64,000 nucleotides of DNA from Octopus sinensis (taxonomy: Eukaryota), in assembly GCF_006345805.1 (NCBI RefSeq), contig NC_043006.1:64852001-64916000 (forward strand). Reading direction: 5' to 3'. The number at the start of each line of letters is the position of its first letter. Position 1 is the stretch's first letter. Made by a program: the position numbers and the translations under genes. The notes under the pieces were generated by a model, which worked only from the letters and a program-made list of their open reading frames with translations, was not told the DNA's origin and did no database searches. This document shows positions 1 through 11,216 of this stretch, one piece after another.

Positions 1-1707
1 ATCCTTCCATCCTATTCCCATGCCACTGGCATGTAAAAAGTTCCATTTAAGCATGTGACATGTAAAATGCACCCACTATACTCTGGGAGTGGTTGGCATT
101 AGGGGGGCATCCAGCTGTAGAAACCTTGCCAGGTCAGATTGGAGCCTGGTGCAACCTCCTGGCTTACCAGTCCTCAGTCAAATCATCCAACCTATGCCAG
201 TATAGAAAGCAGATGTTAAATGATGATGATGAGGACTTGCTGGCTACTTCCCCATCAGTTACGGCAACAAATGTTAAAGTTGATTCAATCAACGGAACAG
301 CCCGCTCATGGAATTAACATGCAAGTGGCTGAGCACTCCGTAGACAAGTGTTTCCTTATAGTTGTCCTCAGGGAGACTCAACATGACACAGAACGTGACA
401 AGGTTGGCCCTTGTGAAATCAGGTACAACTTACTTTGCTAGCTGAGTGGACTGGAGTAAAGTGAAATGAAGTGTCTTGCTCAAGGACACAATGCACTGAC
501 AAATATTGAACTCATGACCCTATGATTGTGAACCAAATACTCTTAACCATTAAACCATGCACCTTCCTACCCATACAATCTTGCACCCCACCTTCTACTC
601 ATGCCCTGAGGGATCCAACTGGACACACCCTAATTATCTATCTCTGCAGCTCCTACAAATCATTTCCTTCCTTATCAAATCTGAATCACCATGCAGCCCA
701 TTTCCAAAGACCTGCTCTTCTACACTTCATGTTTTAACTGCCCACACCCCAAGCATAAATCTGACCCCCACCTCCCCACAGGGTTCGTAATCTTCCCGAG
801 TTGCATGGCATGAAAAGAGCACTCAGAGTGTACTGTAAAGTTGTTGGCATTAAGCCAGAGACACCCTGTCAAAACAGACACTGCAGCCAGATGCAGTCCT
901 TGGGCCTGCTGGATCCTGTCAAACCATTCAACTCATGGCAGCATGGAACACAGATGTTAAATGATGACAGAAATTGCCAATGAACGTGCAAGATCTTCCC
1001 AGATTTGTGATAGTGAAATCCCGGCTTCGACCTCCAGAAGATGACCTGTAAAGAAAACAAAGGCAACAAATTCCATTTGGGTAAAAAGTTAAATGCAAGG
1101 ATTGAAGGAGTGACAGAAGGAAGGGGAATGAGGCGAGTTGGTAAGTAGCTTGTTAATTTAGGTTTAAAAGGTGTTATAAGAGAGGCAGAGCACAGAGTCT
1201 TGTTCAGACCCAGGTCATCCCTGATTAAGCAGATCTTTCATTTTAAAAAAAGGCATTCCAGCAGTGACCATCCAGTTTTTTAAATCTTAACATGCAAGTG
1301 GCTAAGCACACCACAAACAAGTGCTCCCTTAATGTTGTCCTCAGGGAGACTCAGCATGACAAGGTTGGCCCTTTTGAATTACAGGTAAAACTTATTTTTG
1401 CTAGCTGAGTGGACTGGAGCAATGTGAAATAAAGTGTCTTGCTCAAGGACACATTGCACTAGTATTTTTCTTTTTATAACTAGAACCACATTGTTCTATA
1501 TGTCCCACTTTAAGAGGCAGTTGAGCAACCACAGTGGTCGTCATATAGCTCCAACCAAACTTGACAAAGAAAAGGTGCTATGCCCAGTGACAGACATTGA
1601 GCCATCAGCCTCTTGGCTTGCAACCTAACAAGCTGGCTACATTCAACAAAACAAACACTAACAAACTAATATCAAGTCAACTTTCCAATAGTTTAACATT
1701 CTAGACA

Positions 1708-2050
1708 GGCATGGCTGTGTGGTAAAAAGCTTGCTTTGCAACCACATGGTTCTAGGTTCAGTCCTACTGTGTGGCACCTTGGGCAAGTGTCTACTGTAGC
1801 CACAGGCTGACCAAAGTCTTATGAGTAGATTTGGTAGACAGAAACTGAGTAGAAACCTATTGTGTGTGTGCTCCCACCATTGGTTGACAACTAGTGTTTG
1901 TTTATGTCCCTATAACTTAACAGTTCAGCAAAAGTGTCTGATAGAACAAGTACCAAGCTAAAAAAAAAAGCACTGTTGTCGATTTGACTAAAATCCCTTC
2001 AAGGGAGTGCTCCAACATGGCCACAGTTCAATGACTGAAACAAGTAATGA
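1708..2050 (+). mobile_element. tRNA-derived SINE with CORE-like domain
   Basis: A box TGGCTGTGTGG, B box GGTTCAGTCC, then caccttgggcaagtgtct; related copies at about 3690, 27650, 31700-31910 (-), 41860 and 47450. Confidence 0.8.
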
Positions 2051-2208
2051 TAAAGGATAATATATCACTAATTTAGAGAATGACTTGTTTACATATCTAT
2101 AGGGATTCCTCATGAACTGCATGGATATTGCTATTATAGGAAATTGCTTTATAAATTGTACATTAAATTTCATGCATTTTGATTTTTAGCGAAGTAGACA
2201 GGGCCATA

Positions 2209-2484
2209 CAGTTCTATATTTAAGAGATGAGGAATTATGTACATTATTTACATTTGACTTCATCAAAAACTAGCTTGTCTTTCAAACTATACTAACCAAG
2301 ATTCCAAGTTCGATTCCAGGCAGTGACCTGAATAATAATAATCATAATAATATCGAAAAATACCTTAGGAATGAGAACCCGGGTTTGAAATTTCCCCAAG
2401 ACACTTGATGAAGGCTGGAGTGTATATCAGCTGAAACATTGTGTTAAGATGAGGACAAATATCCATCAAATGTAAATAATGTAA
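2209..2484 (+). mobile_element. Penelope-like retroelement fragment with inverted terminal segment, inserted in an RTE LINE
   Basis: 11-bp TSD ACAGGGCCATA (2198-2208, 2485-2495); perfect 18-bp inverted repeat 2240-2257 / 2466-2483; hammerhead-like core at 2400-2445. Confidence 0.7.
2400..2445 (+). ncRNA. Decayed minimal type I hammerhead ribozyme motif
   Basis: GACAC-(T)TGATGA-A-GGCTGG-loop-TCAGCT-GAAAC-ATT-GTGTT: stems I and II can form; core differs from CUGAUGA...GAAAC-GUH by two transitions. Confidence 0.6.
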
Positions 2485-4010
2485 ACAGGGCCATAAGAGC
2501 AAAGAAACAGGCCTTGAAGAGTGGGCATAGCAGAGAATAACAGGTAGAAGAGAAGCTAAGTGACAGGTATATTTAGCTAGGGAAGAAAGGAAGTTTGTCA
2601 ATGCTCTGCAGCTTGAGGTGTTGGGATGGATGAGGAAGTTTGTCAATGCTCTGCAGCTTGAGGTGTTAGGATGGATGAGGGTACACTTGAACTTTCATGC
2701 CTCTTTCTTTGCAGAATAGCTATGAAAGGCTGTTGAACATGGAGAATGCATGGGAGAAGGAGGGTCTTCTTAATGTGGACCCAGCAGAGACAAGCTACCT
2801 GAGAGGAAAGCAGCATAATAAAGCAATTAAGGATATGAAAACAGAAAGCTCCTGGTCCAGCAGGAATTACTACTGCCAAGGTGCTTAAAATATCTGAAGG
2901 AGTGGGATATGGGCCTAGTCACCTGTATAATTAATCAGATTATCCAGGAAGGGTATCATACACAATAACTGGTACAGCAGCACTATAGTCAGTTGCCACA
3001 AAGGTAAAAGAGAGGCTTTAGAATTAGAGTTATCAAACTGCAGGACCAGGTCATGTAAGTCACAGAAAGGATTGTAGATCAACTAATTAGGATGAAATTT
3101 AATCTAAATGAGATGCAGTTTGGTTTTGTGCCAGAGAGAAGCACTACTGATGCTATCTTCCGAGTAAAAAAACAAGGATTTAGCAAAAAATAAACCATGG
3201 TATTTGACTTTTGTTGACATGGAGAAAGCCTTCGACAGGGTCCCTCACTCCCTTATCTGGTGGTTGATGCAGAAGCTTGGAAAAGAGGAGTGGTTGGTGC
3301 AAGCTGTCCAAGTCATGTAGAAGGATGTAGTTAGTAAGGTGAAAGTCTAATGAGTATAGCAACAAATTTACTGCACAGTTAGCACATCAAGGATTGGTAC
3401 TTAGCCTACATCCCACTCTTGAGTATCAGTCCTCAAGGATCAGATCAGTTGCCCATGGAAACTCCTCTATGCTAATGACCTTGTTCATGTATTTCAATCT
3501 CCACAACTAAGAAGAAATTTCAGGTGTTGAAGCAAGGTCTAAAATCAAAGGGCCTCAGAGTTAATTTAGCAAAGACCAAAATCCTAGTAGGTAGGAAAAT
3601 AGACAAATTACTAATCCCATCAGGGAGATGGCCTCTCTTGATATGTAAAAAAAAGGTGTAGGTAGAAATTCTAAAGTGTACCCAGTGCAGGCATGGTTGT
3701 GTTTGCTTCCCAGCCACAAGGTTCCACATTCACTTCCATGTGGCACCTTTAGCAAGTACCTTCTACTATAGCCTTAGACCAACCACAAAGCCCTGCGAGT
3801 GGATTTGGTAGAAGGGAAATCAGAGCCCATCACATACACACAAAATGGCAGTGCCCCAGCATGGCTGCAACTCTCAAGCTGAAACTAGTTAAGAGAAAAT
3901 AGTCTGTGTGTGTGTGTATGCACGTGGCAGATGCACAGGTACAATAAATACTAAGAATGTATAGGAAATAGATTTCCTTAAATGTCCAGGAGGATTGTTG
4001 AAAGTATTAG
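2485..4010 (+). mobile_element. RTE-clade LINE reverse transcriptase remnant, interrupted by a SINE at about 3690-3900
   Basis: Degenerate RT motifs QFGFVPERSTTDAIF, LTFVDMEKAFDRVP, PWKLLYANDL, GLRVNLAKTK with stops and frameshifts. Confidence 0.85.
2588..2680 (+). repeat. Tandem duplication, 45-bp unit x2
   Basis: aggaagtttgtcaatgctctgcagcttgaggtgtt(g/a)ggatggatg repeated twice. Confidence 0.9.
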
Positions 4011-4899
4011 TTTCCATTAATAAAACGATGATGCTGCATTAGCTCGACACAGTTGCATGTTAGCAGTCTCTCGCTCACTGTGAAGGAAACCTACTTTTAA
4101 AGGTCACATTGAATAAGTTCTGATTGATGTTCTCTATTGTCTGTATGACTGACTTTTAGAGAATTTATTTATTTTCTGTTGTTGGTTGGTTAGGGTTTGG
4201 TTTGATATGCTGTAAATTATTACGAGACTTATTTCAATTGGATCAAGGCTGGTGATTGACAAAAAGCTTTATATTGAAAAATTTGTGAGTCTGAGTGATA
4301 AATTCTACTACAGAGTGAGTGAGAGGTGTGACGGTTGAGTTTGATGTAGATGAGGTCTTAGTATGATCACCATTGTCCAGTTTTCCATGCTTGCAATGGT
4401 TGGCAGAGGCAGATTTTATATGGCCAGCTGCTAATCATCAAGTAAGGTACTACTGCCCTGTCACCAGACATTCTTTTGTAGAATATTGGAAATGAATGAC
4501 ATCTGTATGACAGTGACACTCATTTACAACTCATATGAGATGTCAAGAATATTTTATAAAACTGTTTGCTGAGGACTAAAATGAAAGCAAAGATTATATG
4601 ACTATATAAATTTAAACAATGTAAAGAAATGGCACAAACAATCATAATATACTGAAAACTGCATCTAATTGAAATCTTAGTATATTTATAATGTGCACGC
4701 ATGTGTGTATGCGAAGTGTGCACGTGCGACCATGTGTGTGTGTTTTTTTTTTTAGCATGAACTCAGAAATGGTGAGTATATGCCCAATAGTGGTGATTTT
4801 GAAAAGCTGGTTTTATACACATATCCTCAAAGAGACAAAACTGACAGATAAAGTGAGAAGTATGTTAAAAAAAAATAATTAACGAATCAACATGAAATA

Positions 4900-7352
4900 C
4901 ATTTTCTTTTTTAAAATTGATTGCTGAGGTAGGAAAGCAAATTGCACAAAAAAAAACAAAAAAAAACTATCAAATCAATAAAAATGAAAACAAGACTCTG
5001 GATAAAGTTTTTATCTCTCAAGATATCAAGTCCATGTGGTCTTCATACAGAAAAATACCATTTACCAGCAAATTTTTGTTCCCCCAGCATCACAACTACA
5101 ATAGCTAACAAATAGTTCTGCTGAGACTGGGCAGAGAGAATACAGCAGCATTAAAGAAAACCCCAATACAGACAAGTAGAAAATGATCTTTGGCTTCAAA
5201 TATCTCCTTGCGTATCTGTGAGTGTGTAAACTCTTCAGAGGAGTAAATACCTGGGTAAATAAACTTGTCATAGATTACAAGCCTAACTCAGTTTATGACT
5301 GTCAGAGTTTATTTCTTACAATTCAAATTACAAGTGGAGTGTGGGGAAGCCAAGTTCACGTAGGCTTGGTAAGAACTCCTCTTGTAAAGTCCAATTTTAG
5401 CAGATTTCACTAACTAAGACAAAGATAAACAAACCAAGTACAATAAAGCAACATGTATGTACAGATGCACTACCATATTCAGATGTGAAGTGATGTAGAA
5501 ATGAGTATTTCTGGAAGATTAAAAAAAAAAAAAAAAAAAAACTATTTCAACAAGAGGTCTTTGGTATTAGCCAAGTTAATTGGTAACTTTCACCCATAAA
5601 CAAAGTTAATTACAAAGTATTTAAGCTTTTGTAAATCATTACTAAGCACCAGATGAAAATTTTTCAGAATTAATAACTGCAGATTTGAACCTCATTTTAG
5701 GGATCAGAAAAGACAGTTTTCAAATTATGTAACTTCGGAAGGGTGACAGGCAGCAATTTTTTAATTGTAGGAAAGGAGGAGGGGAGGGGGAGAAAGAGAG
5801 AGAGAGAGAAAGAAAAACCATGCAATTCAAAGAAGTCTTTGGTAAAATGGCCACCTACCTTAAATAAAAGGCGACATAACTTCGGTAAGCCAAAGCTGTA
5901 ATAGACTATCTAACTTGTAAAGTTCTCAGGCTTCAATGTGAAGCTTATAAAATATTAGTTAAATCATTTTAAATGGAACTCGAAGTAAATAAGGCTATAA
6001 ATAATAGCTTTGTCTAGAGTTCCGTTAAAAAAGATTTATTTAATGTCTCTCGATATAAAAAATATTAGTTATTTTTAATATATTTACTAAAACAGAATCC
6101 TTTGAATTATCAAAACTAAAAAATAAAGTGTTACAACTATAGAGAGGAGAAATAGAAAAGTGTGATGTTGAAAGGCCATCAGTGAAGTGGTACCACTTGA
6201 GAATTGAAACTGGATTATGAAATCAGTCGATTGAAAACCTAAACACTATACACACAAACACACACACCAAGATATATCCATCAGCACAACCACAACTGTA
6301 TGAGACTACTTTGAGCTGAACTATGGCAGACTAAGTTGAAGCAATACAACAGACAGAGGCAGCTAGAGAGATGAATGCTAATGGATAACATTCAAACTTG
6401 AAGAAAAAAAAAAAAACAACATAAAAGAGCTAAATGAAAATTAGTTTTATTTTCATAGAAAACATTCAGCCACTACTACAGGAGATCAGTTTGGTGGGTG
6501 GTAAAAAAAAAAAAATAAAGGACAAATATAAATAAAGAAATGATCTTTCTGGTAATGTCTTCTATATTAAACAAGTTCTGCCTAGTTACATAAGCAAACT
6601 TTCCAGTTTTGCAACTGGTTGGGATAAAGAATCCCACAAATGGTAGAAACAAGGGCAAAAAAAAAAAAAAAAAAAAAATTGGCATCAATTTTGAGATGAA
6701 AAGCTTGAGAAAAGTTAAGTGAATTTCTAAAAAAATAACTTGTCCAATTAAAGATTGCCAAAGAAAAGTGCATATTATATCAGACTGGAGAACCCACTTG
6801 AATTGTTTTGCACCAGGTTGCAGAATTGTCAGAAGACAAACTTTGGGTTTCTTTGATCCAAATCACCAGATTTATTGAAACTTGTCATTTCCAAATGTGA
6901 AAATGTTTAAATGTGTGCTGCAGGTTATGTAAAGCCCCTACCCAGCCCAGCAACCCACCCCTATCATCACATACATCTACATACATTGATATATACATAT
7001 GTATATACATATATATTTCAAGTCAAACATGTACATATACAACATTCTTGTCACTTCAGAACTAGAGTATTTAACGTTATGTAATTAGAGTTGTAGTTTC
7101 AGTTCCAACCTACACACCCTCCAAATAATAGTGCAGTCTTACAGAAAAAAATAACATTTAGTAGTGATAACTTTTATTGGGGATAAAAAAATTAAAGTTC
7201 TTTTAAAAAAAAAATTGGAGGAAGAGAAAAAAAAAAAACAATAAGCCCAAGTCAGACTGTCATATCTGATGACCAGTATTTACACTGTTCTTTTCAGTCC
7301 TAGAGTTCCAAAAAGGGGAATATGACAAGTATTTTTTTTTAAGTCTTGTACT
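4900..7352 (-). other. DNAJB6: Probable long U-rich 3' UTR of DNAJB6 with several AATAAA signals; distal end uncertain
   Basis: Repeat-poor stretch after the stop codon; minus-strand AATAAA (plus TTTATT) at 7173, 6871, 6446, 6035 and 5308; many U tracts. Confidence 0.5.
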
Positions 7353-7449
7353 TCAGTAGGTCAAAGCCTGTGCCTCCCCGTTCACTGTCTTTGATTTCAA
7401 TACCCCATCTTCTTCAACAGTTACTGTTTCTATACCATTCTCCATAGTC
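7353..7449 (-). CDS. DNAJB6: DNAJB6-like last coding exon (TMENGIETVTVEEDGVLKSKTVNGEAQALTY*)
   Basis: Matches the DNAJB6 C-terminal domain ENG.E.V.VEEDG.LKS.T.NG; ttttcag acceptor; TGA at 7353-7355. The total CDS of 840 nt stays in frame. Confidence 0.96.
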
Positions 7450-8019
7450 CTGAAAACAAACAAATACACCAGTCGATTATCATCAACAGACAAGATATAA
7501 TTTCGAACACTATAATACAGAGAGAGAAACAGAATAAGAGTTAGCAATTATAGTCTACACACACACTGAAGTAATGGTTTCATGGAAATAAGAGATGGGG
7601 AAGATAAATTTTTATGGTGTTGGTACTTGATATAATTCATGATTGGAGAATAAAAAAAACCCCACAAGAATCCAACAAAAACTCTAACAGTGACATCAGC
7701 AGATGTAGCAAACAAGTCACTATCATTCATGAGAACTCAATGTAAAAGGGACAAACTAAATATGGTAGTTTGTATGACACAAATGAGGGACACTCCTGTC
7801 TCCCCCACTTAAGCCTAGTAATAGGTGGGTGAACCCTGACAACTTCTTGCTATGGCCTACCACCACCATCACAAAAAGGGAGTGGATGGGTGACAGCTCT
7901 ACCCACCATTGCTAGTCAACAAATCATTTGTCAGTTTTGGTATTGCTGGTGCCAATGATAAACAGTGCCATCACCATGACACCTATATATCTGCTGCTCT
8001 GCTTGACTAGATTTCAAAC

Positions 8020-8337
8020 CAGTGGTTCTTAACCCCTTTTTACCTATGGACTTTTTAATTCCTATTTACTTGGGTGGACTCTCATAGCCATTTGAGGTTT
8101 TACAAAATCTCATACTGTTATCTGACTGGTCTGGGGAGCCCGAAGGCTGCACCAGGTGCAGTTGAACCGGCTAACCCATGCTAGCATGGAAAGCGGACGT
8201 TAAATGATGATGATGATGATGATTAGGAATTGTATTAAAAACAATTGTTAATATTGTGTATTGTAGAAGTATAATGGAAATTTTGACAAAACCTTATCTG
8301 GACTCCCAAGAGTCATACGGACCCAGCTTGAGAACTG
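8020..8337. mobile_element. hAT-type MITE with a nested retroposon fragment (about 8125-8223)
   Basis: CAGTGGTTCTTAAC left end, TTGAGAAC right end; same family as 11009-11216; nested (ATG)n tail. Confidence 0.7.
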
Positions 8338-8964
8338 TAGCCAATTCCCATTTCCAGAAGCCAAAACACCAGAATTTATATTCATATTGGTAATGAGTTA
8401 AGAATCTCTCATTACAATCCTTAAAACTACAACTTACTAAAAATCTAATACTAAAATGCTGTGCAAGATATTTTGTTCCCTCCTCATCCTTTCAATGATT
8501 GAGCAACATGTGTCAAGGCAGTCTATCCTTTTTCTTCAATCTGAGGAGTCATCTACTATAATAATACTTTCTCCATCACAACATATGAATGAGAAAGGAA
8601 GGGATGATAGATGAATAAGGAAGGAAGGGTTGATATCAAACTGAAGTGGGATGGTGAACATTCATTGCTGAAAAGAATTAACTCTGAGGGAGTGTGTGCA
8701 AGGGAAGTATGTGAATGTTTCTATGTGATTATTATGTACCTTATTTATGTACAAAATACAATTAGCCATCAGTTATTGACAGAATGGGGTCAGCTAGTAT
8801 TCTATGTTAAATAAATAATTTACAGTTGACCAAATTACTGAAATACAGTGGTGGTGATGACACTACTGTTATAATCACTATAAAGCTAAAAGACTTGTGT
8901 CAGCATCAGGTAATAACCAGAAGCAAAATATGTACACATGAAAGATACTAAGTGGTTTACTTAC

Positions 8965-9075
8965 TTTCTGGTTACAATTTTTTTGCCATTATTATACTTT
9001 GTTGAAGTTGAAGATGAACGGAAATTTCCACCCATTGTTGGACCAGTAAATGATGTACTTGAAAATGAAGTAAAC
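8965..9075 (-). CDS. DNAJB6: DNAJB6-like coding exon 6, S/T-rich region (FTSFSSTSFTGPTMGGNFRSSSTSTKYNNGKKIVTRK)
   Basis: Matches the DNAJB6 TSFSSTSF...GNFKSISTSTK..NG.KI.TK motif; ttttcag acceptor, gtaagt donor; 111 nt, phase 2-2. Confidence 0.96.
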
Positions 9076-11008
9076 CTGAAAATACAATCATAAGCAAAGT
9101 TAAATTAGGTCTCTAGAAAGCTGTTATGGTAATTTTTCAAACTATTGACCAAATCTTTAGAGATGAAAATGTTAATATTTACATTGATACTATCAGAATA
9201 GTTTGATCTCCAAATCATCAGGTACCATATTTGAACTCGTGTTCTCACCCACTATGACAATTTTTTGTTTATATACCTAGGACTCCTAAGGCCAGTTAGC
9301 TGGTTGCCATAGTATATATGTGATCAAGATGACAACATCCTTGAATGGGATGCTGGCCCATTGCAGAATTTAAGAGGAAAGAGACAAGCCAATTATATCA
9401 ACCTTTAGTACTTGACAGCATTTCAACTTTTTGAGGGTCAATGAAATAAAGTATCAAAGTTGATCTCAGCGAGATTTGAACTCAGAATGTAAAGAGCCAG
9501 AAGAAAATACCACTAGGCATTGTTTGATATGCTAATATTTACTGTCCTAGATGAAATATAAAGCTTAATCCAATCTGCTTGCTGATCCAGGATTAAGATA
9601 ACCAATAATGATCAGATATCAAACTGACTGAAATCTAATGTAGCTGTAAATGTTAAACTTTTTCCATCTTTAAAGATTGGGCTCATGCAGAGAGAGAGAG
9701 GGAGACGGTCTATTGAATCAATTATATTTCACTAGCTCACCAAGGAGGAGAGAAAAAGAAAAAACAAACCCCCAAGCTAAGTTGGAACTGGCATAATTTG
9801 AAACCAGAATGGTAAGGTATCAACTAGGTACCATAAAGCAACTCAGCCAACTTGACTGATTTAAAATTTTTTTTCTTTCAAGTGGTTTTAGTCCCTGGAC
9901 TGTGTCCATGCTGGGCATCAGATTCCAGGGCATGGTTGCTTATATCAGTCACAGAACTTGACTGGTACTTCTGACCTTAGAATAAACATCAATGATACCC
10001 TGGGTGGAATTTGAACATAAATAGATATAACCAAATACCACAAGGTATTTTATGCAATGCTTTGCCAATTTTGCCATCAACTCTTCAAGTAGATGGCATG
10101 AAAACAAAGATTCTTTTTTAACAGAAGAGTTCATACCCTCCCCAAAAGGAATTTAACAACTTTGCTAAAATGGTCCCGGTTGAATTAAAGGTACCAAGAA
10201 CCTTGATTGCTGTCAATAATGTAAGGGAAAGCAAACAAAATTAAAAGAACTTGAAGGGAAAAAAAAAAAATTAAGCAAAAGAACTTTGAAAGTAAACAAC
10301 AGCATGCTTTTGTATTTGTTAGCAAATATCAACACTGCAGTAACACAAAGAATACAAAGTATTCCATGTTATTTAACCAGGCTTTTAAAACTAACCATTA
10401 TCTATCTATGCACACTGTTAGTTATTCACACTACGTAGGACTAACACTAAGTATATAAAAGACAAATCTAATTTATTAATTTTCCATTCACTGCTACATT
10501 TCCACCAGTTTCCATTGAAAGACAAGAGTCAGCTGTTTAAATCTGGTTTTATATTTTTTTTAAACTCAACACGAGTTTTAAAAAAAATCAGACCTTATAG
10601 TTATATTCAACTAAATCAGGTAAAACTCTTTTATGAAACAGTAAGTTTGGACATCACATAATGAAGACAATGATCTTCATTATTTATTTGCAAGCCCAGA
10701 AGGGCAACATAAACCCAAGTCAACAAGGAGGATCTAAGTGTTCACACAATCTGCTAGAAACAGCAACCAAACCTCCAAATTACACATCATTTTAGATTTC
10801 CTTTCTATGGGTTGGCTGGATCATCATAGTTCAAGCTATTTCCAGGTGAGAGTCAGAGCTGCTGCATAGGTAATTTGCTTTGGTTTCTACAACTCAATGA
10901 CGTTCAATCGCCAACCACTTTAGATTGCATACTGGCTGCATTTTCTTGTGGCACCATCACAAAAGAGGTTGATTAGGCTTTAGTGAGAAATGCTATGTTT
11001 GAATAAAC

Positions 11009-11216
11009 TAGTGGTTCTCAATCATTTTTAGCCAATGGATCCCTTTCATTCTTAATTTACTCTACTGGACTTCCTATAGCTATTCAATGTACAAGAAAAA
11101 ACCCTACTGTACTTTTATATCATTATTAGGAATTGAATAAGAAATTAAACCATTCTGCGGAATGTGCATAAATTTTAGCAACAAAGTTTAATATGGACCC
11201 CAGTTGAGAACCATTA
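11009..11216. mobile_element. hAT-type MITE
   Basis: TAGTGGTTCTCAAT / GTTGAGAACCATTA termini; degenerate 8-bp TSD; internal similarity to 8020-8337. Confidence 0.7.

Noticed and set aside
1708-1780. tRNA gene-like A and B boxes (also at 41858 and 48790-48861)
   Set aside because: They are SINE heads that continue into CORE-like bodies and lack a complete cloverleaf
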